A stretch of DNA of 64,000 nt from Alphaproteobacteria bacterium (GCA_964291395.2 OZ219856.1:1760001-1824000); one strand, 5' to 3'. Shown: positions 21,123 through 31,170, counted from the stretch's first letter. Notes: a model not told the origin generated them from the sequence alone. Program-made: numbers and translations.

Positions 21123-22124
21123 ATGAACACATCGCTCGACATGGCGGTGATCGGGGTTGGTCACTTCGGCCAATTCCATGCCGAAAAGATCGCGACTCTT
21201 CAAAGCGCGAATCTTGTTGCCGTCGCGGACACGGACACCAAACGGGCGCACAGGATCGGCAAGAAGTTCGATGCCGAGGCAGTATCGGATTTCCGAGACC
21301 TTTTCGGACGGGTGGACGCCGCCTGCGTCGTCGTGCCGACGAAACACCACTTTGACGTGGCCAGCGCTTGCCTGGAGAACGGCATTCACGTTCTGGTGGA
21401 AAAGCCGATCACCGATGATTTGGAGACGGCGAAGAGCCTCGTGAATCTGAGCGATCGGTACGGACGGGTGCTCCAGGTCGGCCACCTCATACGGTTCTCC
21501 GGCATCGTCGAGGCATTGCGCCGCCGAGTGAAACGTCCGCTCTACATCGACTCGGTGCGTATCGCGCCGTACAAACCGCGCGGCACGGACGTGAACGTAA
21601 TCCTCGACCTCATGGTGCATGATCTTGACCTGATTCTGTCGCTCGTGGATGCACCGCTGATCGGCCTCGATGCCGCGGGAGCTCCCGTGATCTCGCCGTC
21701 CGAGGATATTGCGAGCGCCCGGCTCAAGTTCGCGAATGGCTGCATCGCCAACATCACCGCGAGCCGCATCAGCCTCAAGACCGAACGAAAGATGCGCATT
21801 TTCGAGCCCGATACTTACATCACCATCGATTTTGATGCCCAGCGCATCCGGACACTCCGCAAGGGCAAGAAGTCGATGCTTCCGGGCATCCCCGAGATCG
21901 ACAGCGACGAGCGGCAATACGATGAGGGCGACGCGCTAGAGCGGGAAATCCGGTCGTTTGTGGACGCCATCCTGTACAACCGAGCGCCGGTCGTGTCGGG
22001 TGGGGACGGCGTAAAGGCACTGATGGCAGCCCTTCAGATCAACGAAAGCCTTCGCGCGCACTTGGAGTTCGTGCGCCAAGCCGACTCGCACATGCAGAGG
22101 GGCACCTCACTCGCGACGGAGTGA
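21123..22124 (+). CDS. Gfo/Idh/MocA oxidoreductase (GnnA / UDP-GlcNAc 3-dehydrogenase-like)
   Basis: VIGVGHFG, HVLVEKPI, LQVGH, RGTDVNVILDLMVHDLD, TASRIS. Confidence 0.85.
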   Translation: MNTSLDMAVIGVGHFGQFHAEKIATLQSANLVAVADTDTKRAHRIGKKFDAEAVSDFRDLFGRVDAACVVVPTKHHFDVASACLENGIHVLVEKPITDDLETAKSLVNLSDRYGRVLQVGHLIRFSGIVEALRRRVKRPLYIDSVRIAPYKPRGTDVNVILDLMVHDLDLILSLVDAPLIGLDAAGAPVISPSEDIASARLKFANGCIANITASRISLKTERKMRIFEPDTYITIDFDAQRIRTLRKGKKSMLPGIPEIDSDERQYDEGDALEREIRSFVDAILYNRAPVVSGGDGVKALMAALQINESLRAHLEFVRQADSHMQRGTSLATE

Positions 22125-22220
22125 GAGATCGGCACTGCGGATCATTCGGCAGGTGCGCTGCCGTACCACGAGACCAGGGAGGGCTATCCCAGTAAGGACT
22201 CCATTGGCCCCTGCGGGGTC

Positions 22221-22889
22221 TCAGTTCTTCCGCCAGACAGTGGCCAGCCAAGGCTGTTTGTGGCGAGGCATCCCGGGCGGCCGGTAATAGTGATTCAGTT
22301 CGGCAAATTTCGCAGCTGTCAGATAGCCACGCCACGTCTCGAGATCATGGAAACAGTTGTAACGGTTTCCATACAGGCCCTCTTCATTGTTCCCTCGCGG
22401 ATTGGAGCAGAAGAGGACACCCATGGTCTTCAGAGTGGCGTGAAGCTCACTCAGGACGCGCGGTAATTCCTGGCTCGGTACGTGGAACAGGGCAGCGTTC
22501 GCGAATATGCCATCGAACTCCTCAGGAGGCAGGTCCATCGCCAGGAAGTCCTGGTGCAGAACTTCACAGCCCGAGTGGTCGCGGGCCATTTCGACGAATT
22601 CCTTCGCTCCCTCGAGCCCGACCGCTTCATGTCCTTGTGAGTGGAAGTAGGCCAGATCACGGCCCGGGCCGCAGCCGAGATCGAGAATGGTGTATGGAGG
22701 CACTGCCTCGATGGCGTCCAAAAGGACTGCATAGTTCTGACTGACATCGTGATCGCGCGTCCCTTCCCAGAATTGGCGGGACAGCCGACCATAGTCTTCG
22801 ATCGTTAATCGCGTGTAGTACTGCCATTCGCGGACATCCCCGCCCGCCGACTTCTGTTCCAGTGATTCTTTGGGCCCGCTCGTATTCAT
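22221..22889 (-). CDS. Class I SAM-dependent methyltransferase
   Basis: ILDLGCGPGRD, FDGIFANAALFHVP, QPWLATVWRK. Confidence 0.88.
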   Translation of the reverse strand: MNTSGPKESLEQKSAGGDVREWQYYTRLTIEDYGRLSRQFWEGTRDHDVSQNYAVLLDAIEAVPPYTILDLGCGPGRDLAYFHSQGHEAVGLEGAKEFVEMARDHSGCEVLHQDFLAMDLPPEEFDGIFANAALFHVPSQELPRVLSELHATLKTMGVLFCSNPRGNNEEGLYGNRYNCFHDLETWRGYLTAAKFAELNHYYRPPGMPRHKQPWLATVWRKN

Positions 22890-23590
22890 GATCTCGCGCG
22901 ATTCGACCCCGCATGGGCGCCGATCCGATTGTCGACTTGCTCGAGCAGCCGCTCCAATCGCCGATCCCTCACGCCCAACGCATCGAGATTGGACAACGTG
23001 TCGGCAAGATAGTCGCGGCACGAGCCCCGTCGCCCGTGTGCCTTGGCAATGTGGAAGGCAATCATCTCGGGTGCAAGGCCCGTCGCGTGTTGAAGGTGGC
23101 CCTGGCGCGCCACGAACGCCAGGGTATTGACCGTTCGATCACACAACCGAGCGGTGGTCCAGCGCGGCTCATAGCACGCGGTGTACATCTCGCGTCGCCA
23201 GACCAGATCGAACGCCGCCCTGGCTTCCCGGCGCGCGATTCGAAACGCGATACCCCGGCATGACCCCCCGGGCTCCAGGCCGAGGGACAGTCCCGGCATC
23301 TCCGGTGATCCCCTGGCCAATACCGTCCAAATGCAGAAACGCCGGCGATAGCCGTAGAGCAGCGCCGATGCGAATTCCTGAAAAGGGAAGACGCCACGGT
23401 CCCACATGAGCGACCCATACGTGAAGAGCCAGGGATCACCGGGCGGCATGCTGTCCATGGACTCGTCCAGCGAAGCATCTCGAACCTCGTCCGCAAGCGG
23501 TTCGAACGGCCCATCGAACCGGACGTGTGCCCCTGCCGTGGCAATCGTTCCCAAGGATCGGACCGATCGCCAGGACACAGCCTCACTCAT
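22886..23590 (-). CDS. ChaC-like gamma-glutamylcyclotransferase
   Basis: WLFTYGSLMW, RGSPEMPGL, GSCRGIAFRI, WRREM. Confidence 0.85.
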   Translation of the reverse strand: MSEAVSWRSVRSLGTIATAGAHVRFDGPFEPLADEVRDASLDESMDSMPPGDPWLFTYGSLMWDRGVFPFQEFASALLYGYRRRFCIWTVLARGSPEMPGLSLGLEPGGSCRGIAFRIARREARAAFDLVWRREMYTACYEPRWTTARLCDRTVNTLAFVARQGHLQHATGLAPEMIAFHIAKAHGRRGSCRDYLADTLSNLDALGVRDRRLERLLEQVDNRIGAHAGSNRARS

Positions 23591-24758
23591 TCGACGAACG
23601 AGCACCGGTAACCGCATCGAGCACCGCTTTCGCCGCGCGCTCACTGGGAGCCGGTGTTCCGGAACCGAGCGCCTCGACGGCCTCGGCAAGCCCTATCCGC
23701 TGCCGTGAACGAGCGGCCTCATCGCCGATGAGACGGTCGAGTTCCTCGGCCAGCCGGTCGGGACGGCAATCCTCCTGCAGGCATTCGGGCACGAACTCCC
23801 GGTCCACAAGGAGGTTGACCATCGCGACGTTGTCTACCGTGATCAACCGCCGCGCCAGAAAGGCCGTGATCGCGCTGACCTTGTAGGCAACCACCATCGG
23901 CACGCCCGCGAGCGCCAGTTCAAGGGTGGACGTTCCGGACTTCGAGATCGCGGCATCGCTTCCCGCAAATGCATCCGCTTTCTCTTCGGCGTCACCAATC
24001 ACGATCGTAGGCAAACCCCAGTTCCGTGTCACGTCCCTGACGACATCGGCCGTGGTGACAACGGTCGGAACGACCGCCGTCAGGTCGGAATAAGAGTCCT
24101 GTAGCCGCTTCATGGCCGCCCCGAACGTCGGCAGCAATCTCCGTACCTCCGTCGCCCGGCTGCCAGGCATGGTCACGACGACGGGACTTTGGTCGCCGAT
24201 ACCATGGCGCCTGCGAAACGCCGCCCCGTCGCCCCTATCCAATCCGGACTCCACAATCGGATGTCCGACGAAAGTACAATCGACATTAAACTGCGCGAAG
24301 AACTCGGGCTCGAATGGCAAGAGAGCCAGCACATGGTCCACTTGCGATGCGAGTTTTCCGCCCCGTTCGGGATGCCAAGCCCAGAGTTGAGGTGCCACAT
24401 ACTGGATCGTCGGGATGCCGAGACGGCGGACCCGCTCTGCCACGCGGAGAGAGAAGCCCGGCGAATCAATGGTGACGACGACGGACGGCCGAAGACGCGC
24501 AACGGCGGCGACGGTCTCTCGCAGCCGACCGATCAACCGCGGCAGATGGGGAACGATCTCCGCCAGTCCCATAAGCGCGAGATCACGCATCGGAAACAAG
24601 CTGTCGAGCCCCTGCTCGATCATGGTGGGGCCGCCGACCCCGGAAAAGCGAATATTGTTGCCGGTTTGCCGCTTGAGGGCCGCCATCAGCCGGGCGCCGA
24701 GATTGTCTCCTGACGCTTCTCCGGCGAGAACAAAAACGTGTGGAGAAGGCTTCGCCAA
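23583..24758 (-). CDS. lpxB: Lipid-A-disaccharide synthase
   Basis: AGEASGD, IDSPGF, YVAPQLWAW, LLPFE, FVGHP, PGSR, SGTSTLE. Confidence 0.95.
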   Translation of the reverse strand: MAKPSPHVFVLAGEASGDNLGARLMAALKRQTGNNIRFSGVGGPTMIEQGLDSLFPMRDLALMGLAEIVPHLPRLIGRLRETVAAVARLRPSVVVTIDSPGFSLRVAERVRRLGIPTIQYVAPQLWAWHPERGGKLASQVDHVLALLPFEPEFFAQFNVDCTFVGHPIVESGLDRGDGAAFRRRHGIGDQSPVVVTMPGSRATEVRRLLPTFGAAMKRLQDSYSDLTAVVPTVVTTADVVRDVTRNWGLPTIVIGDAEEKADAFAGSDAAISKSGTSTLELALAGVPMVVAYKVSAITAFLARRLITVDNVAMVNLLVDREFVPECLQEDCRPDRLAEELDRLIGDEAARSRQRIGLAEAVEALGSGTPAPSERAAKAVLDAVTGARSSNE

Positions 24759-24766
24759 CTCTCCGA

Positions 24767-25762
24767 TCAGCCGTCGACCTCTACCACGACGCGGCCCGTC
24801 ATCTTCGATTCGATGAGACTGTCGAACACGGTGGGGAGATCGTCAAAAGGTGTCATCCGGGCAACGTTCTGCAACTGCGCGGGTTTCAGATCCGTCGCGA
24901 GGCGATCCCAGATGTGGCGACGCAAGGGCATGTCCATGGCGCTTGAAATATTGATGCCGAGATAATCCACCGCCCGCAGGATGAACGGCATCACGGTTAC
25001 AGGAACATGAGTGCATTCGGCCAATCCGCACAACGCAACGGCAGAATGCGGCTGCATGGCCTTGGTCAGCCACAAGAGGGTCGCGCCGCCAAGATTATCG
25101 ACCGCGCCCGCCCAAAGCGTGTCTCCGAGAAAGCGTCGCTGTCTGGGCAACTCCGAGCGCAACAGGATGTCCGAGGCACCAAGGCCTTTGAGATATGCCA
25201 ATTGGTCGGCCTTGCCGGTGATCGCCGTAACCTGATAGCCGAGCCCGGCCAGGATATCGATAGCGAAGCTTCCCACCCCGCCGGTAGCTCCGGTCACGGC
25301 GACCGGGCCGTTGCCAGGGGCCATTCCATTCTGCTCCAGACGTTCGACCGCGAGCGCGGCGCAGAGGCCGGCGCTGCCGAGGATCATGGCTTCACGCAAG
25401 TCGAGACCGTCCGGCAACGGAACGATCCAATCAGCCGGCACCCGAACGATCTCCGAATATCCGCCGTCGTGATCCACACCGAGTGCGTAATTAGTTACAA
25501 TAACGGGATCGCCGGGACCGAAGCGTTCATCCCCGGAACTCTCCACGACGCCCGACATATCGACCCCACCCACGCACGGCGGATGGGGCCTGATATTACG
25601 GCCCAAACCGTGGGCGGCCATCGCGTCCTTGTAGTTGACGCTCGAGTATGCGGTGCGAATTACAACATCGCCCTCGTCGATGTCCTCAAGGCTCAGTTGC
25701 TCGAAGCGCTGGATAACGGCAGACCCTTCCGTATATGTACGTAGTGCCTTGAAGGAATCCAC
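24767..25762 (-). CDS. YhdH/AcuI family MDR oxidoreductase (acrylyl-CoA reductase-like)
   Basis: YSSVNYKDA, VAVTGATGGVGS, WAGAVDNLGG, VMPFILR; GTG start. Confidence 0.88.
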   Translation of the reverse strand: MDSFKALRTYTEGSAVIQRFEQLSLEDIDEGDVVIRTAYSSVNYKDAMAAHGLGRNIRPHPPCVGGVDMSGVVESSGDERFGPGDPVIVTNYALGVDHDGGYSEIVRVPADWIVPLPDGLDLREAMILGSAGLCAALAVERLEQNGMAPGNGPVAVTGATGGVGSFAIDILAGLGYQVTAITGKADQLAYLKGLGASDILLRSELPRQRRFLGDTLWAGAVDNLGGATLLWLTKAMQPHSAVALCGLAECTHVPVTVMPFILRAVDYLGINISSAMDMPLRRHIWDRLATDLKPAQLQNVARMTPFDDLPTVFDSLIESKMTGRVVVEVDG

Positions 25763-25787
25763 GTCGGAGCCGTTTTCAGTAGCGATT

Positions 25788-27029
25788 CTATTCGGCCGCT
25801 GCGGCGGCCGGGAGTTGGTCCGCACAATAGATGATCCCGTCCGCCTCCAGTCGGGAGAGTTCAGCGTCATCGAGATCGCACAACTCTCGGAGCACCGCCC
25901 GCGTGTCCTGTCCCGGCCTGCGTCCCGCCCAGCGCACGTCGCCCGGCGTAGCGGAAAGCTTGGGCACGACACCTGCGAGCGTGACATCGCCAAGTTCGGC
26001 ACTCGGAACATGAACCAACATGTCGCGGGCCGCGAAGTGCGGGTCCTCATACACCTCGGCCATCGTGTAAATACGTGCCGAGGGCACCCCGGCTTCGTTG
26101 AGACGGTCCTCTATCTCTTTCGAATCGATAGCGGCAGCCCACGTGCTGATGATCCCGTCAAGCTCGTCCACGTGCTGCCAGCGGACAGCATGCGTGGCAA
26201 ATCGTTCGTCCTTCGCGAGCTCGGGCTGACCCATGACCTCGGCCATTCTCTTGAAGATTCGATCATTGCCCGCCGTGACTTGGACGTACAATCCGTCCTT
26301 ACCGCGGTAGAGATTGTTTGGGGCATTGCCCGGAAGGCGCGGGCCAGCACGCATTCCGGCTTCCCCCGTCTTTTCGTACTGCGGCACGAACGGTTCCGTG
26401 ACGCTGAACGCGCTTTCGTAAAGCGCGGTATCGACGCATTGTCCTTCACCGGTCTTTTCACGATGTGCCAATGCGGCCAGAGCTCCGTAGGCGCCGAACA
26501 GGCCGCCGATGTAATCAGTGAGTGGGATGGCGACCCGGGACGGAGGCCTGTCGGGATCGCCGGTAATGTGACGCAGGCCGCTGACCGCTTCGGCGACGAT
26601 GCCGTAGCCAGCGCGCCCGCTGTACGGACCGGTCTGACCGAACCCGCTAACGCGGATCATGATGATTCCGGGATTGATATCACGGAGACCTTCATAGCCG
26701 AGTTCCCAACGCTCCAATGTCCCCGGACGGAAGTTCTCGATCACGAAGTCGCATTTGGGGATCATGCACCTGACCAAGTCCTGACCGGCAACTTCTCTCA
26801 GATTCAAGGAGATGTTGCGCTTGTTGCGCATGATGCTAGCGCTGTAGAGCGATTTCCCCTCGAAGCGGCGGCCGTAATCACGAATTGGATCGCCCTCGAC
26901 CTGCTCCACCTTGAGAACCTCCGCGCCGAAATCGGCGAGCAGTCGCCCGACGAAGGGACCCGCCGCCATGCTCCCGAGCTCCAAAACGCGATAGCCGACG
27001 AGAGGTCCTTGAGCAGTTTCTTCAGGCAT
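25788..27029 (-). CDS. Family III CoA-transferase (CaiB/BaiF)
   Basis: AGPFVGRLLADFGAEVLKVE, RNKRNISLNL, ENFRPG, SGFGQTGP. Confidence 0.93.
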   Translation of the reverse strand: MPEETAQGPLVGYRVLELGSMAAGPFVGRLLADFGAEVLKVEQVEGDPIRDYGRRFEGKSLYSASIMRNKRNISLNLREVAGQDLVRCMIPKCDFVIENFRPGTLERWELGYEGLRDINPGIIMIRVSGFGQTGPYSGRAGYGIVAEAVSGLRHITGDPDRPPSRVAIPLTDYIGGLFGAYGALAALAHREKTGEGQCVDTALYESAFSVTEPFVPQYEKTGEAGMRAGPRLPGNAPNNLYRGKDGLYVQVTAGNDRIFKRMAEVMGQPELAKDERFATHAVRWQHVDELDGIISTWAAAIDSKEIEDRLNEAGVPSARIYTMAEVYEDPHFAARDMLVHVPSAELGDVTLAGVVPKLSATPGDVRWAGRRPGQDTRAVLRELCDLDDAELSRLEADGIIYCADQLPAAAAAE

Positions 27030-27118
27030 CGTCTCCAAATCCAATGGCTTGCAAGGTGGATGCTTACATCTTTGACAAATAACGCGGTATCCGCGCGTGG
27101 GCATTATTGCTGATCTGC

Positions 27119-27874
27119 TCAGTCCTCCATGAGGAAGCGCAACACAATCTGATTGAAGATCCCAGGTACCTCCGCGTGCGCTGCGTGGGCACTGTTCGGC
27201 AGGATGCAGAGTTGAGCATTCGGGATGTTCTCCCACAGCTCGATGGAGTGACGCGGGTGGGTCGTCCGATCCATGTCACCGCAGATGATCAACGTCTTGG
27301 CCTGTACCTCGCCCAAACGCTCGCGGACGTCGAAGCCTGCCATCGCGCGCACCAGTCGCTTCGCGCCTTCCTGATTGGAGTTCACGCCGCAACTCCTCAT
27401 GAACTCGTAGAGCGGGTGCCGGGCGCCGGCATTGGTCCACGTCGTGGCGATGCGAGCCGCCGTGGGCACGATGCCGTCCGTGTCGATCCGTCGGATCGAC
27501 TCCTCGTATGACTCGTAGCGCTCCGGAAGATCCGCCGGACAGCCGCCGTAAAGAACCAGCTTTTCGACACGTTCGGGAAAATCCATGGCGAGATGAAGCG
27601 CGGTCTCCGAACCCAAGGAATGGCCAAGGATGGAGAACCGGTCGACATCCAGCTCGGTGAGGGTTTCCACCAGCATCTTCGCGAGTTCGCCGACGTCGTC
27701 GGGGGCCGGAATGTCGGCGCTTCCACCCAAACCGGGAAGATCCGGGGCGATCACGTCGAAATTCGGAGCAAGTTGCGCGCTGAGAGGCGCGAAGATCTCC
27801 CCACTTCCGACAAAACCGTGTTGCAGAACGACAGTCTTGCCCGAGCCGAAGCGCCGGTAATGCAGCATGGACAT
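27119..27874 (-). CDS. Alpha/beta fold hydrolase
   Basis: LQHGF, DLPGLGGS, GHSLG nucleophile elbow, C-terminal His. Confidence 0.88.
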   Translation of the reverse strand: MSMLHYRRFGSGKTVVLQHGFVGSGEIFAPLSAQLAPNFDVIAPDLPGLGGSADIPAPDDVGELAKMLVETLTELDVDRFSILGHSLGSETALHLAMDFPERVEKLVLYGGCPADLPERYESYEESIRRIDTDGIVPTAARIATTWTNAGARHPLYEFMRSCGVNSNQEGAKRLVRAMAGFDVRERLGEVQAKTLIICGDMDRTTHPRHSIELWENIPNAQLCILPNSAHAAHAEVPGIFNQIVLRFLMED

Positions 27875-27963
27875 GCCTCTCCCCACCAGATCGTAAAACC
27901 AGCAACCGCCCCAGTCATGCCATGAAGCGATGAGGGGCGCCCCGGGGGCGCCTGATTCCCAAC

Positions 27964-28365
27964 CTACTCCGCGGCTTCTTGCCGGGCAGCAGCGAGTCTC
28001 GGTTCGCCCGTATAGACCTTGGAAATGATCCGCCAGCGCCCGTCCAGCTTCAGCAGGTTCAAGAAATCGGTATAGAGCTGATCACCGAGTGCAATCTGCA
28101 CCTTGGCGATGGCAGCCTCGGGGCCGGACTGGTCGATCGACAATATCCTGTCGAACCGCTCGAAACCGCGGGACGCCGACGATTGCCGGCTTCGGACACC
28201 TTCGTAGACCTGTTCCATATCGCGATCGGTGAGCGGACCTTCCGTCGCAGCGTAAAGATGAGCGCTCGGATGAAATATCTTCTCCAACGTCTCGACATCA
28301 CCTTCGTAGAAGCCAGAGAAGTAATTCTCCAAGGCTTCGGCGATTTCCGCATAAGCTGAACTCAT
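27964..28365 (-). CDS. NTF2-like (lumazine-binding type) protein
   Basis: YFSGFYEGD..L..IFHP, YTDFLNLLKLDGRWRIISKVY. Confidence 0.85.
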   Translation of the reverse strand: MSSAYAEIAEALENYFSGFYEGDVETLEKIFHPSAHLYAATEGPLTDRDMEQVYEGVRSRQSSASRGFERFDRILSIDQSGPEAAIAKVQIALGDQLYTDFLNLLKLDGRWRIISKVYTGEPRLAAARQEAAE

Positions 28366-28676
28366 CCTTCGTCCTCCCCATGATGGGCTGGTTCGTTTCC
28401 CAAACAGAGCGTAGGGGAAGCGCGGTGATTTTTGAAGTACGTCCGGCGGTCCCGGTTACCACGACAGGACTCGCGCAGCACGTTTCGCCACACTCTCTTC
28501 ACCTTCGACTTCGCGGGAACAAGTGTCCATCACGCATCGAAGTAACTCTGAGCCGAAAACGCCGCGCGCGGGCCCAACAAGTAATCACGACGGCGACCAA
28601 CCCCGTTTCGGAAGCAGACCCGCTGATGGCTAGGAGATTGTCCGGCAGCCTCGCATCCGCGGCCCTCCGCGCCGTC

Positions 28677-28877
28677 CTAGAGACCGTAGATCCGACGAAG
28701 CGCGGTTACCTCCTCCCGCATGACATGGTACGTGCGCGCAATATCGGCATCACTCTCGCCGCCCATCACATGGGATTCCATGACGATTTCATTGATAGGC
28801 CAGTGATAACCGTCTTCGTGAACCTTATTATTCACCGTCGACACCGGGGAAGGCTTGACCTTCTGTAACTGAGTCAT
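28677..28877 (-). CDS. Small hypothetical protein with HTH-like C-terminus
   Basis: 66 aa; SDADIARTYHVMREEVTALRRIYGL; preceded by GGGAA and an AT-rich promoter region. Confidence 0.55.
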   Translation of the reverse strand: MTQLQKVKPSPVSTVNNKVHEDGYHWPINEIVMESHVMGGESDADIARTYHVMREEVTALRRIYGL

Positions 28878-28942
28878 GAAAGCAGTTCCCTATAAAACCA
28901 AGTGTTCGGTTTCCCAAATACGATCAACGTCTTACGGGCGGT

Positions 28943-28958
28943 GTTAATAAATGGTTAT
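28943..28958 (-). promoter_or_regulatory. CtrA-box-like site
   Basis: Plus strand TTAA-TAAATGG-TTAT (minus ATAACCATTTATTAAC); one mismatch to TTAA-N7-TTAA. Confidence 0.45.
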
Positions 28959-29042
28959 CAAAACTGTAACAAGAACTTTTTATTACGGTTTTCGCAAAAA
29001 ATTGCGACGAGTGTCACAAACGAGGTGAAGGTCGACTCCACG

Positions 29043-29918
29043 TCAGAGATGCGAGTCGAACCAAGCAACCGTTTCAGTACACGCCTGATCGAACGGTTCG
29101 CCAGAGTAAATCTCGAAGTGTCCGCATTCCGGAATCATCACGAGCTTCTTAGGATCTCCGGCGAGTTCGTAGAGCGACCGGCTCTCTTCGGGCGGCGTCA
29201 CGCCGTCTTTCTCCGTCGCGATCAGCAACAGCGGCCGTGGTGCGATCTTGTCGACAACCCACTCAGGGTGGAACGCCATGGTCTCGTCGATGAATTCAAG
29301 GGGCACCGGTGCCGGCACGACGGCGCTGCCCGCGCGGGCGGTGGCCCAGAGCTCTTTCTCACGCGCGCTCATATAAAGAACTGTCGGAGGCGGCGCCGCC
29401 TCGGATTCACCCGTTTGCACACGGGCGAGGCGATCTTTGGCGGCGCGCTCGCGCAGCGCGGCGACTTCCTCCTCGGACCGCACGCCCTCCATCCAACGCC
29501 GTCCATTGCCGATCGTCACGACGACGGCGACGCAGCGAATGCGCGGATCCGTCGCTGCAAGCCAGATCGCCGTGGCGCCCCCGTAGCTCCAGCCGAGCAC
29601 GCCAACCCGCTCCGCATCAACGTCGTCGCGCTCACTGAGCATGGTTGCCGCCGCAAACGAGTCCCATACACGTCCGTATGGATCCAGGCGGTTTGCGGGG
29701 CCATCGCTTCCACCCCACCCCTTGTAGTCGAACGCGATGCAGACATATCCCGCATCGGCCAGTCGGGCAGCGAAGTCCGGCGCGTAGACTTCTTTCACGC
29801 CGGTGTACCCTCCACACAGGACGACACCGGGACGCAGGCCGTCATATGGATCATCTGGTACATAGATGTCGCCGGCGAGTTTCATCCCCTCACTGTAGAA
29901 CGCGACCGATTCCTTCAT
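29043..29918 (-). CDS. Alpha/beta hydrolase
   Basis: FDYKGWGGSDG, GWSYGG, PLLLIATEKD, GHFEIY; start set at MKESV. Confidence 0.88.
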   Translation of the reverse strand: MKESVAFYSEGMKLAGDIYVPDDPYDGLRPGVVLCGGYTGVKEVYAPDFAARLADAGYVCIAFDYKGWGGSDGPANRLDPYGRVWDSFAAATMLSERDDVDAERVGVLGWSYGGATAIWLAATDPRIRCVAVVVTIGNGRRWMEGVRSEEEVAALRERAAKDRLARVQTGESEAAPPPTVLYMSAREKELWATARAGSAVVPAPVPLEFIDETMAFHPEWVVDKIAPRPLLLIATEKDGVTPPEESRSLYELAGDPKKLVMIPECGHFEIYSGEPFDQACTETVAWFDSHL

Positions 29919-30181
29919 GACTCTCCCAATTCCACCTCTCCGAAGCCATGGCCCGACAACCCGGCAGGGTGCGGACAAACGTAACTCGGCAAGATAGCGG
30001 AAGTTCGCTTCAGGCGCAGGAAACCCTCTGTACAACGCGTGCCGCCACCTTGCTCCTCATGGGTTGCCCGTTCCGAAAGCACCATCGAGGCCCCCTGTTC
30101 GCGGGCCGATACCGCCGCCGACAGTCCCGCGACCCCACAACCGACCACAACGACATCAAATTCGTTCCCGTGGTTCGCCAT
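29915..30181 (-). pseudogene. N-terminal remnant of FAD-binding dehydrogenase (TcuA-like)
   Basis: FDVVVVGCGVAGLSAA...ER...GGGTRCTEGFLRLK aligns with the first ~58 aa of ORF 40820-42283, then similarity ends. Confidence 0.75.
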
Positions 30182-30246
30182 CGTCGCTATCCAAAATGGA
30201 GAGTTGATGTACCTGGGCTCAGTCTATGGCAGTTTCGGAATCAGTG

Positions 30247-31170
30247 TCAGATCTCACGTTTGTCGTTTGTCGTCGTTTGTCCGCCCGGCACCGATTCCCC
30301 AACCGTCTTGGAGGCTGCGATGCGGCCCGTCGGTACCAGTACGATCACGCCCAAACCGGATATGACCAGGATTCCCCCCAGCAAGAGCCGCCACGTGATG
30401 ACGTCGCCCAGCAGGACCACCCCGCCCAGCACGGCGAAGACGGGTGTCAACAGCATGAGCGGCGCGACCATGCTGACGGGATAACGCTGCACGAGGTAAT
30501 AGCGTCCCGCCTGGGCCAGAACGGCACCGAACAAACCGGCGAATACTACCGACAGCACCGCCGGCCAAGTCGGGTTGAGAAGCGCGTCGATCTGACCCTC
30601 CTCCGTCGCCATGGTGAGGAGGAACATCGGTACGACGCCATAGAGACACACCCAGAATTGTAGCGACAGCACCGAGATCCCTGCGGTGCGCCGCGCCTGC
30701 ACCACGCACAAACCGCCGGCGAACGCCGCCGCGATGGCCAGAAAAAACGCATCGAGGTGATGAAACACGTTGGGCTCGAAGCCGATCACGATGACGCCGG
30801 AGAACGACACGGCCATGCCGATCCAGCGTCGCGCACCCACCGCTTCCCGGTAGACCACAGCCGCGATGATGGTGGCGAAGGCGACGTAAAGCTGATGCAC
30901 CAAAGCCATGGATGAAGCGTCCCCGGATTTGGACAGTGACGAGAACATCAAGATGTATTGCGCGGTCATGCTGACGGCGATGCCGATCACAGGCCGGCGG
31001 CGACCCTCGGGCACCCACCACCAGGCGGCGAGGCACACTCCGACCAGCATATAGCGAACTGCCCCAAAGAGAACTGGAGGGAAGTGAGCGACACCGATCT
31101 TCACGATGGCATAGGTGATGCCGGCAGAAAACGCGACCAGGACCGCGAGCAGGAGGTGGTGGAATCTCAT
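30247..31170 (-). CDS. DMT/EamA family transporter
   Basis: About 10 TM; PPVLFGAVRY, LLTPVFAVLGGVVLLGD. Confidence 0.88.
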   Translation of the reverse strand: MRFHHLLLAVLVAFSAGITYAIVKIGVAHFPPVLFGAVRYMLVGVCLAAWWWVPEGRRRPVIGIAVSMTAQYILMFSSLSKSGDASSMALVHQLYVAFATIIAAVVYREAVGARRWIGMAVSFSGVIVIGFEPNVFHHLDAFFLAIAAAFAGGLCVVQARRTAGISVLSLQFWVCLYGVVPMFLLTMATEEGQIDALLNPTWPAVLSVVFAGLFGAVLAQAGRYYLVQRYPVSMVAPLMLLTPVFAVLGGVVLLGDVITWRLLLGGILVISGLGVIVLVPTGRIAASKTVGESVPGGQTTTNDKREI

